A DNA stretch of 63,043 nt, counting the filler, from Stramenopiles sp. TOSAG23-2 (lineage: Eukaryota), in the NCBI GenBank assembly GCA_900128395.1. It is 11 parts of 11 records of this genome, joined end to end, with 100 filler letters (N's around TTAATTAATTAA, not from the genome) between each part and the next. Parts side by side here need not be neighbours in the genome. Positions count along the whole stretch, not along the records: positions 40,708 to 48,718 come from LT650248.1; positions 48,819 to 56,824 come from LT650249.1; 9 more parts are not named here. The stretch is one strand, 5' to 3'. Under the pieces are notes generated by a model, which saw only the letters and a list, made by a program, of their open reading frames with translations, searched no databases and was not told the DNA's origin. The position numbers and the translations under genes are program-made. Shown here in pieces: positions 46,101 to 56,404 of the stretch (positions within the stretch are counted from its first letter, which is position 1; every line of letters begins with the position of its first letter).

Positions 46101-47878
46101 ATTGTACCAACCATAGTATCGCCCTTGTTATTGGCAGATGATTTTACAATTGTACCAACCATAGTATCGCCCTTGTTATTGTTGTCGGAAAACAATGTTG
46201 CAATATCTTTGCAACTGTCCACTACAGCAATAATTCTTATTAAAAAATCATTAATCGTTTTCATTTTCTTCTTTAATTTATCATTTTTTTGTATTTCCAT
46301 AGTACATCCTTTGATGTCATTCAATAAACTTACAATTTTACTAAGAATTTTGATGTCTACATCCCCTTCAAATATTGTTTCAATAGTAGTAATAGGCTTC
46401 TCGCATTGCTTTACTACTAATTCTAATGCTTCTAATTGTTTTTTAAATTGCTCTAATTTATCTGGTTTTGAGTTTGCATCTGTTGAACTTGCCTCGCCAT
46501 TACTGGTTTTAGAATTAAATGCAGAATAACAATGTATTGCCTGATCTTTAAACTCTTTTAAGTTCCCCAAAAAATTTTTGAGCTTTTCAATGACTGAATC
46601 ATCGTCATTAGTTGCAGCTGGAGGAGTTTTCCCGTTCTCTTTATCTTTAAACAAATTTACAATAATTGTAGCAATGCCTTTGCACTGTTTAACAACTTTT
46701 CCCACTTTTTTTAACGTGGTTTGTACTTTTACTAGTTTTTTTAATTTACCTGTAACTGGTATTTCGTTAGCACATTTTGTAATATGTTCGTCTGAATTGG
46801 AGAGACCTTCAAAATCAATATCCTCATCACCGCTAAACAAACTTTTAACAATATTAATAATATCCTTGCAACCTCTGAAAAGCTTATCTATTTCATCTAA
46901 TGGAACTCTTAGTTTATGTAATTTTTTCAACGGACCGCTTTCTGTTGTTGGTACTACACCTAAACACTCTCCTGCTGAGCTTGCTGACTCTAAAACTTTA
47001 TTAAAATCTACGTCTGTATTAATAATAATCTCACTAATAGTTGTGACAATTGGCTCGCATTTTGTTACTACAGTAGAAACGGTTGTCAATTTGTCACTGA
47101 GTTGCTGTAGTACTTGGACTGTATTAATTGAAGTAATACATGTTGTCAAACTGCTAGTAGCTCCTGATGCTTCGACAAGCGTGGTTTTAATGTCAGTAAT
47201 AAATGAAGTGTCCTCTTCTGTTGATTTACCCGAGTCAGGTTTGTCAGAAAAAAAATTTCTAATAACTTTTGCTATACCATCGCAACTTTTAGCAATATTG
47301 ATTACTTTTTCTATCAATGTCTTAGCTTCAGTGTTGGCGTTACTACTACCTGTACTAGCACTATCATCATCTTTACCACCAAACTCATCAAGGCATTTTT
47401 GTATTTTACCAGCGACAATTTTCACTTTTGCAAAGTCGAATTCGCTGATTGATTCAGCAAGTGTTGGGTCGTTGGGATCGTTGCATTTTTCTGGCATCTT
47501 ACTCAAGAATTCCTTAATTTTACCGCATACATCATTGCATGCAACTTCCAGCAAACTAGCGAAGTCAATTTCCCCACCAGGTTGTTTTAACATGTCATTC
47601 ATTTGATTCCAACTAGATGTAAAACCTCCATTATAATTGTTATTTGCCCGAAGCATTTGTTGTCCAGATGCTTTACAAGCACATCCACTTCCACTATTAC
47701 TATTTACATTATTTGTAGTCACTAAAGCATTTTGGAAACTTATAGGTGACAGTTCGTCCATAGCATTTATATTTACAATGAATAAACATACTACAAATAA
47801 AATATATACAGAAAACAATTCAAAACGGCGTAAAGGTGACATTGTTGGCGACGGGGTGGGAGACATCTTTAAATACAA
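43154..47878 (-). CDS. Large secreted protein with ~11-12 Cys-paired amphipathic helical repeats, a Gly/Ala-rich hydrophobic segment and Cys-rich C-terminus
   Basis: 1574-aa ORF; signal-like LFSVYILFVVCLFIV; repeated IxxC...(V/I)xxCKxI..LF units. First in-frame ATG at 47866. Confidence 0.8.
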   Translation of the reverse strand: MYLKMSPTPSPTMSPLRRFELFSVYILFVVCLFIVNINAMDELSPISFQNALVTTNNVNSNSGSGCACKASGQQMLRANNNYNGGFTSSWNQMNDMLKQPGGEIDFASLLEVACNDVCGKIKEFLSKMPEKCNDPNDPTLAESISEFDFAKVKIVAGKIQKCLDEFGGKDDDSASTGSSNANTEAKTLIEKVINIAKSCDGIAKVIRNFFSDKPDSGKSTEEDTSFITDIKTTLVEASGATSSLTTCITSINTVQVLQQLSDKLTTVSTVVTKCEPIVTTISEIIINTDVDFNKVLESASSAGECLGVVPTTESGPLKKLHKLRVPLDEIDKLFRGCKDIINIVKSLFSGDEDIDFEGLSNSDEHITKCANEIPVTGKLKKLVKVQTTLKKVGKVVKQCKGIATIIVNLFKDKENGKTPPAATNDDDSVIEKLKNFLGNLKEFKDQAIHCYSAFNSKTSNGEASSTDANSKPDKLEQFKKQLEALELVVKQCEKPITTIETIFEGDVDIKILSKIVSLLNDIKGCTMEIQKNDKLKKKMKTINDFLIRIIAVVDSCKDIATLFSDNNNKGDTMVGTIVKSSANNKGDTMVGTIVKSSATIKECAEKITFKKLAPLQMILKRADKVIQDCKNIMTNVESLFGSDDSGQNEQQRVTKDNIFSDIDQTTKDIATCFDAIKTGVNGEDGSTTGGGDSAGSLNTFFANIQKAIGKVEDVFNACKDIFKILLNQQQKGSSLQQQSIGNLISTIFSKDATDGIVKCNDKLPEKWKNFKDNVKAIAGIVEKCNTYNTNFEFTDTNFVENVGAVAEYIKGCSVKLEKNVNTITILPATLKTKITDVSKNIRKISSIVVKCQNMMGQSGINPEEIPDCLKTVLVEIKTTKLETADLPKPLQKIITALDKIDSIKDKILQTISKAGGCKAALGGAVWIGVQASDAVDAIVQKGVGGIESVIAGIGDDRDKVASLLKNIKTCGEESFDSLNEKHKQIVSKLLGTLKDKLTRYIGSNTALESFADKLSKAFTKISEKIGKFGGAIVKGAVAIYKLYKKFKNAVTKFFTNMACPCLKEDMKMKAGCNPDLTYEDENGVTQQVEMLETDSECAARHSLQGLEKLTDSVVQDAVSFGFTLLCTAGAAAAGAATGGAGLVAFVACTAAEMTLDTLVGGFLENKPPGLEKFLSSFRKYVFISFVGRMIAKGAINSQAEMFNNDQPACVCPSSASEYEKDDGGTIAKRYIENPNYFGCGPLYDVYKKPKDRKVSRRERIQIVQLDRMQISKNKAIHGKGCGVIKEGKDPLAKILKKILSTHNCIDNCDGSKTFNQWKEYAAEAKKDETAAGGGSGAGAERAEAKRAEAERTAAIQKVTSEIYGLWGCPVEDIKNRQDWMKDGVKYCDKSCKYTCQYYVELIDKELKDRDDYNEIFGDFLRSLTEDRKPKRIITSDMRVPLGPGIFSGERGAAICFGKDKACYRHNAQLYATQYYEDKEARKNEKKAEENEKKAEEYRIEKEKECKKKYPEDKFSFEKCKKADGRDQEMDVAYSKTLKAKLEFCAEEIKKDDKENWDKRNKYCDDVRFGRNAIW

Positions 47879-48470
47879 TAATAATAATAATATGGCTGCA
47901 ACAACGAAAATAAAATATTAAAAAATAGATTAATTATTGTGTAAATATATATATATTCTGTATTCTGTATCGTCATGTGTTGCTAGTACTATTGATATTA
48001 ATATGTGCTATATTATTCTATTGTATTATTGTTGATATTATTGAAATTATGTTGTTAGTTGTTTTTATTATCTTTTTTATTTTTTTTTTCCAGTAATAAT
48101 AATATGGTATTATATAGTAGTATTTTAAGAACTACTTTTACACTTTCCCCCTCATACTCCACACCCCTAATAACTTTCCTTGCACTTCAAATTTCAGTCT
48201 CGGCCAAACAATAGTCCATGGCAATCGTCAATGCTATTCCCCCCCGCAATAGGTACAGGTACATACCATGGGTATAAAGTGCTAAAGTCAAGCAACAATA
48301 TTATTTTCTGCCCCCCCAGAAATATATTATTTTATATTTTGGGCTCTAATGCTATGTAAGCCTAATAAATTAACACTACACAGCAGGGGTTAAATAGGCC
48401 AAAAGTATTTGGTTATCAAATCATCCGCTTCGGCATTTTTTCCAAAGCATGGTTTAAAACCTTGTACCAT

Positions 48471-48718
48471 CTAAATGTGCTTCAGGTGCACCTTCTTCTT
48501 CTTTGTTTCGTTCTTTTCTCTTCTCCAATGATGAATGGCGTTGATAACTGCTGTTTTATCAGTCAATACCGACTTAATTGCGTCAACATACTCCGCCACG
48601 TTGTACATGCCCATGTTGTTAAATTTTTTTGATGCTTTTCCTTTCTTCGCTCCGATGACACCCTTACGAATCAATAATTGTTTTACCAGATGAATCTGCT
48701 CTTTGGGTATCGATTTAA
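48471..48718 (-). CDS. 3' fragment of an unidentified basic protein
   Basis: Frame open from the contig end to the stop at 48471. Confidence 0.4.
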
Positions 48719-49394
48719 NNNNNNNNNNNNNNNNNNNNNNNNNNNNNNNNNNNNNNNNNNNNTTAATTAATTAANNNNNNNNNNNNNNNNNNNNNNNNNN
48801 NNNNNNNNNNNNNNNNNNGTATAGATGAGGTTTAAATTATTATTATAGAATAAAAAAAATCAATGTACAAAGAAAATTAGGAGTGTAGTAACTTTTAATA
48901 TAGAAATAATTATTATTTTATGTTTGTATAAATGTGTGTTTTGAAATGTATATAGATGTAGATTAAATTCTTATTATAGAATAAAAAATAGTTATGTACA
49001 AAGAAAAGTAGGAGCGTAGTAACTCAATACCAGGCAATTACCACCTACCATAGGGATACTATAGGAACTGAACATTCAAAAAATTGTTGGAATTAGGTGA
49101 AGATTCACCACCACTTTATAACGTTTTTATAAGCTAATTTTTGGTGAGGCGACTACTTATCAATAAAAAATAACAATCCCGTTTGAATCGGATTTGTATC
49201 TTTTGATTTGAATGAGACGATTTTTACCATCCGCAACGGTTTTTATGAATTCTCACGCGGGTGGGGAATCGGCGGCTGAAAATAATTCTCCGCGGGTGGT
49301 GCCGCAAACCCTTAGCAAGGACACAGCATTGTAAATAAATAAGTATAGAAATAGTATTGTAACTTATTTATTGGTCCTATCAAAGAGCCGCGTT

Positions 49395-49804
49395 AAATAG
49401 CAGCGACTTAGTAGCGGGTTCCACTCAAGTATAAACACGCGTAGATTCGCGGTTGGTGTTGCTATCAAATTTGAATCGGTGTAGTGCTGTGACGCTTAGA
49501 TAATGTTAAAACTTTCCCAACTAATCCGCAGTCCTTAACCAACCTGAAATTGTTAGACGATAATAGCATTAGTAACCGAGATTTGAATAAATTAACAGGG
49601 GATTATGCTTTGATTAACGGTGAATCGTTGCCTTAATTATTTCTATGTTGGGAAGGTTGGTTAAGGACTGCGGATTAGTTGGGAAAGTTTTAACATTATC
49701 TAAGCGTCACAGCACTACACCGATTCAAATTTGATAGCAACACCAACCGCGAATCTACGCGTGTTTATACTTGAGTGGAACCCGCTACTAAGTCGCTGCT
49801 ATTT
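49395..49804. repeat. Perfect 151-bp inverted repeat, 108-nt spacer
   Basis: 49395-49545 vs 49654-49804. Confidence 0.9.
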
Positions 49805-50236
49805 TTCTATGTTGGGAAGGTTGGTTAAGGACTGCGGATTAGTTGGGAAAGTTTTAACACATTATAATAATAATAATAATACCTGGTAGTCTAATAAATA
49901 ACAAAATATATAATAATATAATAAATAATAATAATAATAATAATATAATATAATAATAGTCTAATAATAATAAATAATAAAAAAAAAAAGAGTGGTTACT
50001 TTTTATATTATTATATAATAATACCACAACATTTATAATACTCTACTTGGTTGTCACAATATATATGTCTTGTAAAAAAGCTTATGTTATAAAAGAACTT
50101 ATCCATTACAGCAAAACGTTATGAACGAATACTTTGAAGATAATGCGCTTCATCAAATTATAAAAAGGCATACAGCAACTATGTCTTGTAAAAAAGCTTA
50201 TGTTATAAAAGAACTTATCCATTACAGCAAAACGTT

Positions 50237-51490
50237 ATGAACGAATACTTTGAAGATAATGCGCTTCATCAAATTATAAAAAAGCATACAGCAACAAAAC
50301 GAGATCCATCATTTTATTCTTGGTATGAACGAGATCCTGCTACTTTATATCAAATAGAAAAGAGAACCGGCAGAGTCGGGTCCAATGTAGATTTAGCAAC
50401 AAAAGCAGCGAAATTTAAACAATTTTACAAAGGTAGATATCGATGTACTTCAAAATTATTTAATGTTCAAGGATTTTGGGAGTATGACAATACCCATCAT
50501 TGTAGGCTCATAAGAATATTATTTTATGAAGACCAACCTCAAGAAGAAAAAGACAATTATGTTAGACCACATTACTACAGCCTAACCTTTCCAGACCAAC
50601 ACCCAGATTCTAACTTAAACCAAGCAACTATTGATGAAGTTATAAAACATACAAAATATGACAGTTTTCATGATTCAATACAATACTTTAAAGAAGTTAC
50701 ATTAGAAGAAAAGTCAGCAATTAAGATACAAAAAAGTTTCCGTGGCAACATGGTAAGAAAAAGGCTAAGAAATACTCATAAGCAGAGTGACTTTGTAAAG
50801 ATCGCTGAGCAACAAACAGAAGGAGAACGCGCGGCAATTAAAATACAGAGAATAATACGTGGCAACATGGCTAGAAAAATTCGCAATAGTAAGAAAGACA
50901 AAATAATGAAGAACAATGTAACTAGTGGCTTAGTACAAACATGGCAATATAAAAACAAAGGGGTTACCGAAACTGGTGCCGACGATTTAATGTTTTTAAG
51001 AAAAAAAAGAATGGCAGATCAAGCAAGAGATAGGTGGAAGAACGCAAAGTTTCTTTTTAGCACCACGGCAAAGGTTGGGCGCTTTCAAAAACTTATACTT
51101 GTAAAAAAGAATGAAAAAGACGATAATATATATTACCAAACAAAATTTGACAAAATACCACATGTTAGTACTACTAGGACTTTGCCCTCATCAAGAAGAT
51201 GGGAGTGGGAACAAAGTTTAAAAAAGGAAGGTCCCAATGATCCTTACTTAGTTTTTAGTGATTATCAAATACAAAATTATCAACCAGACGATATAGCACC
51301 TGTTAGTAGACGTGATGCAACTCCTGTAAACAAAAGCAGATTCCAACTATCAACAACATCCAACGTATCCAAAGGTACCTTTGGAGAACAACCCGCATTA
51401 TCATCAAATTTTTCTAGAAGTGTCTTGTTACAGCGGCAGCAAAAAATTACCATGTTCAAGCCAGAGACGAGTACGACCAGATTATTTTAG
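50237..51490 (+). CDS. IQ-motif (calmodulin-binding) protein
   Basis: SAIKIQKSFRGNMVRK and AAIKIQRIIRGNMARK. Confidence 0.8.
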   Translation: MNEYFEDNALHQIIKKHTATKRDPSFYSWYERDPATLYQIEKRTGRVGSNVDLATKAAKFKQFYKGRYRCTSKLFNVQGFWEYDNTHHCRLIRILFYEDQPQEEKDNYVRPHYYSLTFPDQHPDSNLNQATIDEVIKHTKYDSFHDSIQYFKEVTLEEKSAIKIQKSFRGNMVRKRLRNTHKQSDFVKIAEQQTEGERAAIKIQRIIRGNMARKIRNSKKDKIMKNNVTSGLVQTWQYKNKGVTETGADDLMFLRKKRMADQARDRWKNAKFLFSTTAKVGRFQKLILVKKNEKDDNIYYQTKFDKIPHVSTTRTLPSSRRWEWEQSLKKEGPNDPYLVFSDYQIQNYQPDDIAPVSRRDATPVNKSRFQLSTTSNVSKGTFGEQPALSSNFSRSVLLQRQQKITMFKPETSTTRLF

Positions 51491-51762
51491 AAAAGTATAA
51501 AACACAAATTTTGTTGAAAGATATAAAATAAGAAATGTTTGAGATGAATGTCATATGATATGATATTTATTATCATATGCATATATCATATGTATATATA
51601 TTATAAATATATATTTATAAATGATATATATATATATATATATGATATGATAGGGTATCATAGCATACTTGCATTAAGGTATTTCAAATTTAGGTGTATT
51701 ATAATAATTATATTTACGAGGTAATATTTAAATACGAATTCGTATATATATCGTTTTCGAGT

Positions 51763-51875
51763 GAACTCGATGTCCAGCGCGCTCAACGAGTGCGCATGGA
51801 AGGATAGAAACCTACTCATGCTTGTGGAGTATTAGAGTGCAGACGTGTATTAGAGCTTTACTATGATAGTAGGAT
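51763..51875 (+). ncRNA. Candidate structured RNA or repeat core, copy A (family unknown; strand uncertain)
   Basis: Aligns without gaps over ~100 nt to 56405-56506; hairpins preserved. Confidence 0.45.
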
Positions 51876-52124
51876 TGACTATCATAGATGTATTACTTCG
51901 TAATTATTTTTGAGATATAGAGTCTTGAGCATATCATAGTATTTACCACGGGAAGTAAAATTATTAATTAACTTATAAAGATGTTTAACCATCATGTATT
52001 TGTTTTACATTTTAATAAAATATGACAAATATTTTTTATATACTTCGTAATGAAATATCATACTATACTCAACTCAACATTAATTAAGTTTTACGAACTC
52101 ACTTCGTACATATCACACAACGCA

Positions 52125-53399
52125 TTACGGACATAATTCTATGTTGTACCTTGCTGGCCCTGGTACTTGCGAAGCATTATAAATAGTCCATTCTAAATCA
52201 CTTTTTGGATTGGCATCTGAAAATTTGACACCTCCCCCTGCAAGTGTAGATTTTAATGGATATTGTCCAGGACCAGGAGTTTTTTTAGATCTATGTATTA
52301 TCCAGTCAACATCGCTTTTTGGGTTTGCATCTGAAAATCTCACGCCTATATTTGGCTCTACTAATTTCGGGCGATAATGACTTGGGCCTGGAACTTGCTT
52401 CGATCGATATATTATCCATTCAACATCACTTTTTGGTTTTGATGTACTAAATCTTCCACCTTGTCTGCCTTTCCATCTTCCACTTGCTTCACATGGTATA
52501 TTGTTCAAAGGCGGTGGCTTCCTATACTTTCTTGGAGCAGATAGGCGCAGCAACGTTTCACGAGACATAAATGGTGGGGGGTGCTCATTATCTAGAAAAT
52601 TAAATAATTTTGGGGAACTGCGGCTTCTTAAAGAATTTCTAGAGTCCATAGATCCTCTACGTGATGAAGTGCTATTCCATGAAATCCCAGCAGTGCCTTT
52701 TTTCCAATTCTGTTCATAGTCTAACATTTGTTTTGTTTGTGATGTCCTGTTGCGTCTCCTGCTTCTTGATGATCGTGAAGATTGCTGTGTATGTGGTCTA
52801 CTGTAACGTTCTCGTGTTTTTATTGGAGACAACTGCGGATAGTCGCTAGTAACGGCACTTTTGGATACTCGCTGTTGGTGACCCCTTTGATGACGACCTT
52901 CTGTACCATATGCTGGCTTTTCTACACAGAGATTATATGCAACTTCTGCCAGTTCCCAGTTTTTTTCTTTAACGGCAATTTTACCTAATTCTTTCGCGTC
53001 TTCTACAGATACATTCATAGACATAATGGTTTGGAGATCTTGTGGAGTTGTATTTTTAAAACTTCTCAATCCAAGTCTTTTTGCTAATAAATCATCTTTT
53101 GATCCTTTTAAAGGTGGGCCACTGGGTCTCTTCTTCCTTGCGCGTTTTGGCCTATTTTTGCTTCTTGGTCTATTACTATTACTATTAATATTGATTATTC
53201 CACTAGTGCTTCCATCAGATTTTCTTGTTGGTCTATCTTTCGAGGATGGTGTTATTGGTTTTGGTGCTGACTTTGGTCTTCGGATGGAATCAGTATTTAT
53301 ATCACCAGAAATTGAAGTGGAATTGCTTTGCTTCATATCAGATCTTTTCCTTTGTGAACCAGTACTTGGCCTTTCGTTTGATTGTGAAGGTGAATCCAT
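52125..53399 (-). CDS. SHIPPO/ODF3-type PGP-repeat axonemal protein
   Basis: Three FSxxxPKSDxxWxI...PGPxxY repeats at the C-terminus. Confidence 0.75.
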   Translation of the reverse strand: MDSPSQSNERPSTGSQRKRSDMKQSNSTSISGDINTDSIRRPKSAPKPITPSSKDRPTRKSDGSTSGIININSNSNRPRSKNRPKRARKKRPSGPPLKGSKDDLLAKRLGLRSFKNTTPQDLQTIMSMNVSVEDAKELGKIAVKEKNWELAEVAYNLCVEKPAYGTEGRHQRGHQQRVSKSAVTSDYPQLSPIKTRERYSRPHTQQSSRSSRSRRRNRTSQTKQMLDYEQNWKKGTAGISWNSTSSRRGSMDSRNSLRSRSSPKLFNFLDNEHPPPFMSRETLLRLSAPRKYRKPPPLNNIPCEASGRWKGRQGGRFSTSKPKSDVEWIIYRSKQVPGPSHYRPKLVEPNIGVRFSDANPKSDVDWIIHRSKKTPGPGQYPLKSTLAGGGVKFSDANPKSDLEWTIYNASQVPGPARYNIELCP

Positions 53400-54273
53400 G
53401 TTGCATGAATTGTAAGCAATAAAGTTATAAGATTTTGTATGATATGTTTCACTTCAATGCTTATACATATATGCGTTTTATAAATATATAACGAATTATT
53501 CATTTTATGTAATAGATATATTGCATTTATTATATAAAATAATAATAAATAATATATATTATTGTCGTCACATATATATAATATTATTATTTATTATAGT
53601 AGTAGTAGTAGTAGTGCAACCACCACCAACCCTGGCTATCCAGCTATCTGGCTATATTAATATACCACACAGTACACAGTATTATAGCAACAGTGTAACA
53701 GTAGTATTTTAACAGGATTATAAAAAACAACAGACGACTTTAACTTATTTATCATCTATTTTTTATAAAAAAGCTGCAAAGCTGCATATTTATTAATTAT
53801 TTAGTATATTATTATATTATTTTGTAGTGTATATTGATATTAACCTATGAAAATGCTTTATGCCTGCTAACAATGATTTGCTCAACGGAAAAATGCCTAA
53901 ACAAGCGTCGTCAAAATGATATTATTATAGCAGTATTACATTTACATTGTTGTGTCCTCCTGATGGCCTCCCCTGATCCGAAAACAATACTGTACCTGGT
54001 ACAGTATAACAACATAAACACAACACCACACCAAACTAAAACCATATTAATATATCATCATCATATATATATACACCACATGTACTGTATTATTTTTTTT
54101 TACCTCCTATTTTATAATGTACATATACTAATACCAGGCATAGGTAGTATATCATCATCAAAAAAAGAATAATAATAATAATCTAAATCACATACAATAT
54201 ACATTGTAGAAGAAGTAAAATAGAAAACTGCATTACATGCCAATACCTACAATCATTGTCAAACGCAAACAAC

Positions 54274-56109
54274 ATGGACGCTTATGGAAATGCAGTAATA
54301 GATGAAAGGATACGATATGAAGTAGATGAACAAACTCGTGGTTTATTACACCATTCAAAAGCAACTCATGCAACAATACGTAAATGTGTAAGTCGTACTA
54401 TTGGGAAAAAATTACAACAGGAAGCGAGTGAAGTATCTAATCCTAGCAGTATACAACCACGAAGGAGCGTAAACTCTAACATGGGTAAAAATAATAATAA
54501 TGATAATGAAGAAAATTTTAATAATAGTAACAATGATTTAGATGCTAATAATAGTGCTATTGCCTCAGCAATTTTTGAGAAACAACAAGTCAATAGAAAA
54601 AGATCTGTATCACCGTTTGATTTATTATCCAGCAAAGACCGTGACGCTAGTGAGTTTATGTATAGTGATGTACCTATTTCTTCCCCAATATTACCAGAAA
54701 AACCTGAAGAAATTGTTGCTCATGTAAGGCAGACAAATAGATCCATACGTAAAAGCCAATCTGACATTTTCCCACCATACGAACGGTTGTACCGTACACG
54801 AAAGGAAACGAAAATTGTTGCTGAAGTCTCCCATCCTAATTTATATATACCACCAAATGAAAAACAGGAAAAAATACGAAAAATGCGTATAGAAAGATTA
54901 CGAAAAAAAGAAATGCGTGAGAGAGCTAAATCAGCTGCACGCCTATTAGGTGCTAGTGCATCTATGATATCTTCGCAATACTTAAACGAAAAAGTTCGAG
55001 AAGATAGAAATAAGCATGTTGGGGAAAAATTAAAAGGCGTAGAGGCGATTAAACGAAAACAACGGTATGTAAAACGAAGATTAGATGTTTTACAAAAGAA
55101 AAAAAAGAAGGAAAAGAAACTTTTAATTCAACGTAATAAAACAATTGTAAATAAAATGTTAAGAAGAAATGCCAGGAAAGAAGAAAATCGCCGTATAAGA
55201 GCAAAAAATAATACTCATATGTTAAGAAGAACATCAAAAGGCAGCTATGAAATGGTGGATGTTATTAATCCAAAAACTGGAACTGTAAAATATAAGAAAT
55301 TTATACCAAAGCGTGGTATGCGCGGAATGATCCATTTAAATAGAAGTAAAATTGAAGTCCCATCGTCTATTATGTGTATCGATGGATATATGTTGTTTAC
55401 ACCTGAGGAAAATGCTGATCCACGCTTAATACGAGCATCAACTTCGCAAGGCATGCGTGTAGATAGTGCTAGCAATAACTTTTTAACATACAATGAAATG
55501 TTTAATCCAAGCACTGCGAATACAAGTGGCTTGGCAGAAGGATCATCATCAGAAATGTATGGTCCGCATCAACCTTGGGGAGGCCTCACGCCAATAGCAA
55601 CACCAAAAAATAAATACAAGAAACGAAATGGCAAACAAACTTCATTAGTCATACCGAGTGTTAGTGGTGCATTTTCAATTGGTAATGAGACATTATCTGG
55701 CAGTTTACCACCTGTTGAGAAGAAAAAGAATAACAATAATGTTGGAGAAATTCAAATGCCAATGGAAGAAGGGTGGCAACCAATACCTGTTGAACAAACT
55801 ATTGAGTGGGGTAGAGTTACTAGTGCTAATAATATGATATCAGCAAATGGCTCATTATCACGTTCAAGTATTCACAGTCAAGGTAGTGCAGAAATACCTG
55901 TCCGAATGGATGTCTCTAGTCCATTCAATGCCAGGAGGCATTATGCGAAAACAACTATAAAACCTTTGTCACCTGCATTCCGGTCAACCAGCTCTCGCGA
56001 TAATTCTTCCATGCATGATACGGTAATTGGGAATTTGCCTGCCCCATGGGGCCATGTCAGAGAGGAACACATGGTTTCTAGAGGCCCGATATTTAAAAAG
56101 TTATACTAA
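54274..56109 (+). CDS. Hypothetical basic coiled-coil/low-complexity protein
   Basis: Long uninterrupted ORF; no recognised domain; first ATG at 54274. Confidence 0.7.
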   Translation: MDAYGNAVIDERIRYEVDEQTRGLLHHSKATHATIRKCVSRTIGKKLQQEASEVSNPSSIQPRRSVNSNMGKNNNNDNEENFNNSNNDLDANNSAIASAIFEKQQVNRKRSVSPFDLLSSKDRDASEFMYSDVPISSPILPEKPEEIVAHVRQTNRSIRKSQSDIFPPYERLYRTRKETKIVAEVSHPNLYIPPNEKQEKIRKMRIERLRKKEMRERAKSAARLLGASASMISSQYLNEKVREDRNKHVGEKLKGVEAIKRKQRYVKRRLDVLQKKKKKEKKLLIQRNKTIVNKMLRRNARKEENRRIRAKNNTHMLRRTSKGSYEMVDVINPKTGTVKYKKFIPKRGMRGMIHLNRSKIEVPSSIMCIDGYMLFTPEENADPRLIRASTSQGMRVDSASNNFLTYNEMFNPSTANTSGLAEGSSSEMYGPHQPWGGLTPIATPKNKYKKRNGKQTSLVIPSVSGAFSIGNETLSGSLPPVEKKKNNNNVGEIQMPMEEGWQPIPVEQTIEWGRVTSANNMISANGSLSRSSIHSQGSAEIPVRMDVSSPFNARRHYAKTTIKPLSPAFRSTSSRDNSSMHDTVIGNLPAPWGHVREEHMVSRGPIFKKLY

Positions 56110-56404
56110 AAAAAAAAGAGGTGTAAAATCATTAGCCTGTGACACGTTCGGCACACCGGTGTGAGTCTATTTTTCTTATTTGAACAAAATATTTATATAT
56201 ATGATGTACATGATAATTATTTTACGCATAAATGATATATTTTTATATATTTTAATTTTAAAAAATAATTTTTTACTGTATAATATAATTTTTATATATA
56301 TATATATATCATATATATAAAAAATATAAAAAAATATAAAAAAATATTAATGCATGTATATAAATATGACATATGATACGATGTGATTAATATGAATATA
56401 TATT

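Noticed and set aside
44832-47606. 565-aa and 342-aa plus-strand ORFs
   Set aside because: Antisense shadows of the 1574-aa gene with TTG starts and S/L/I/F-rich complementary-codon composition.
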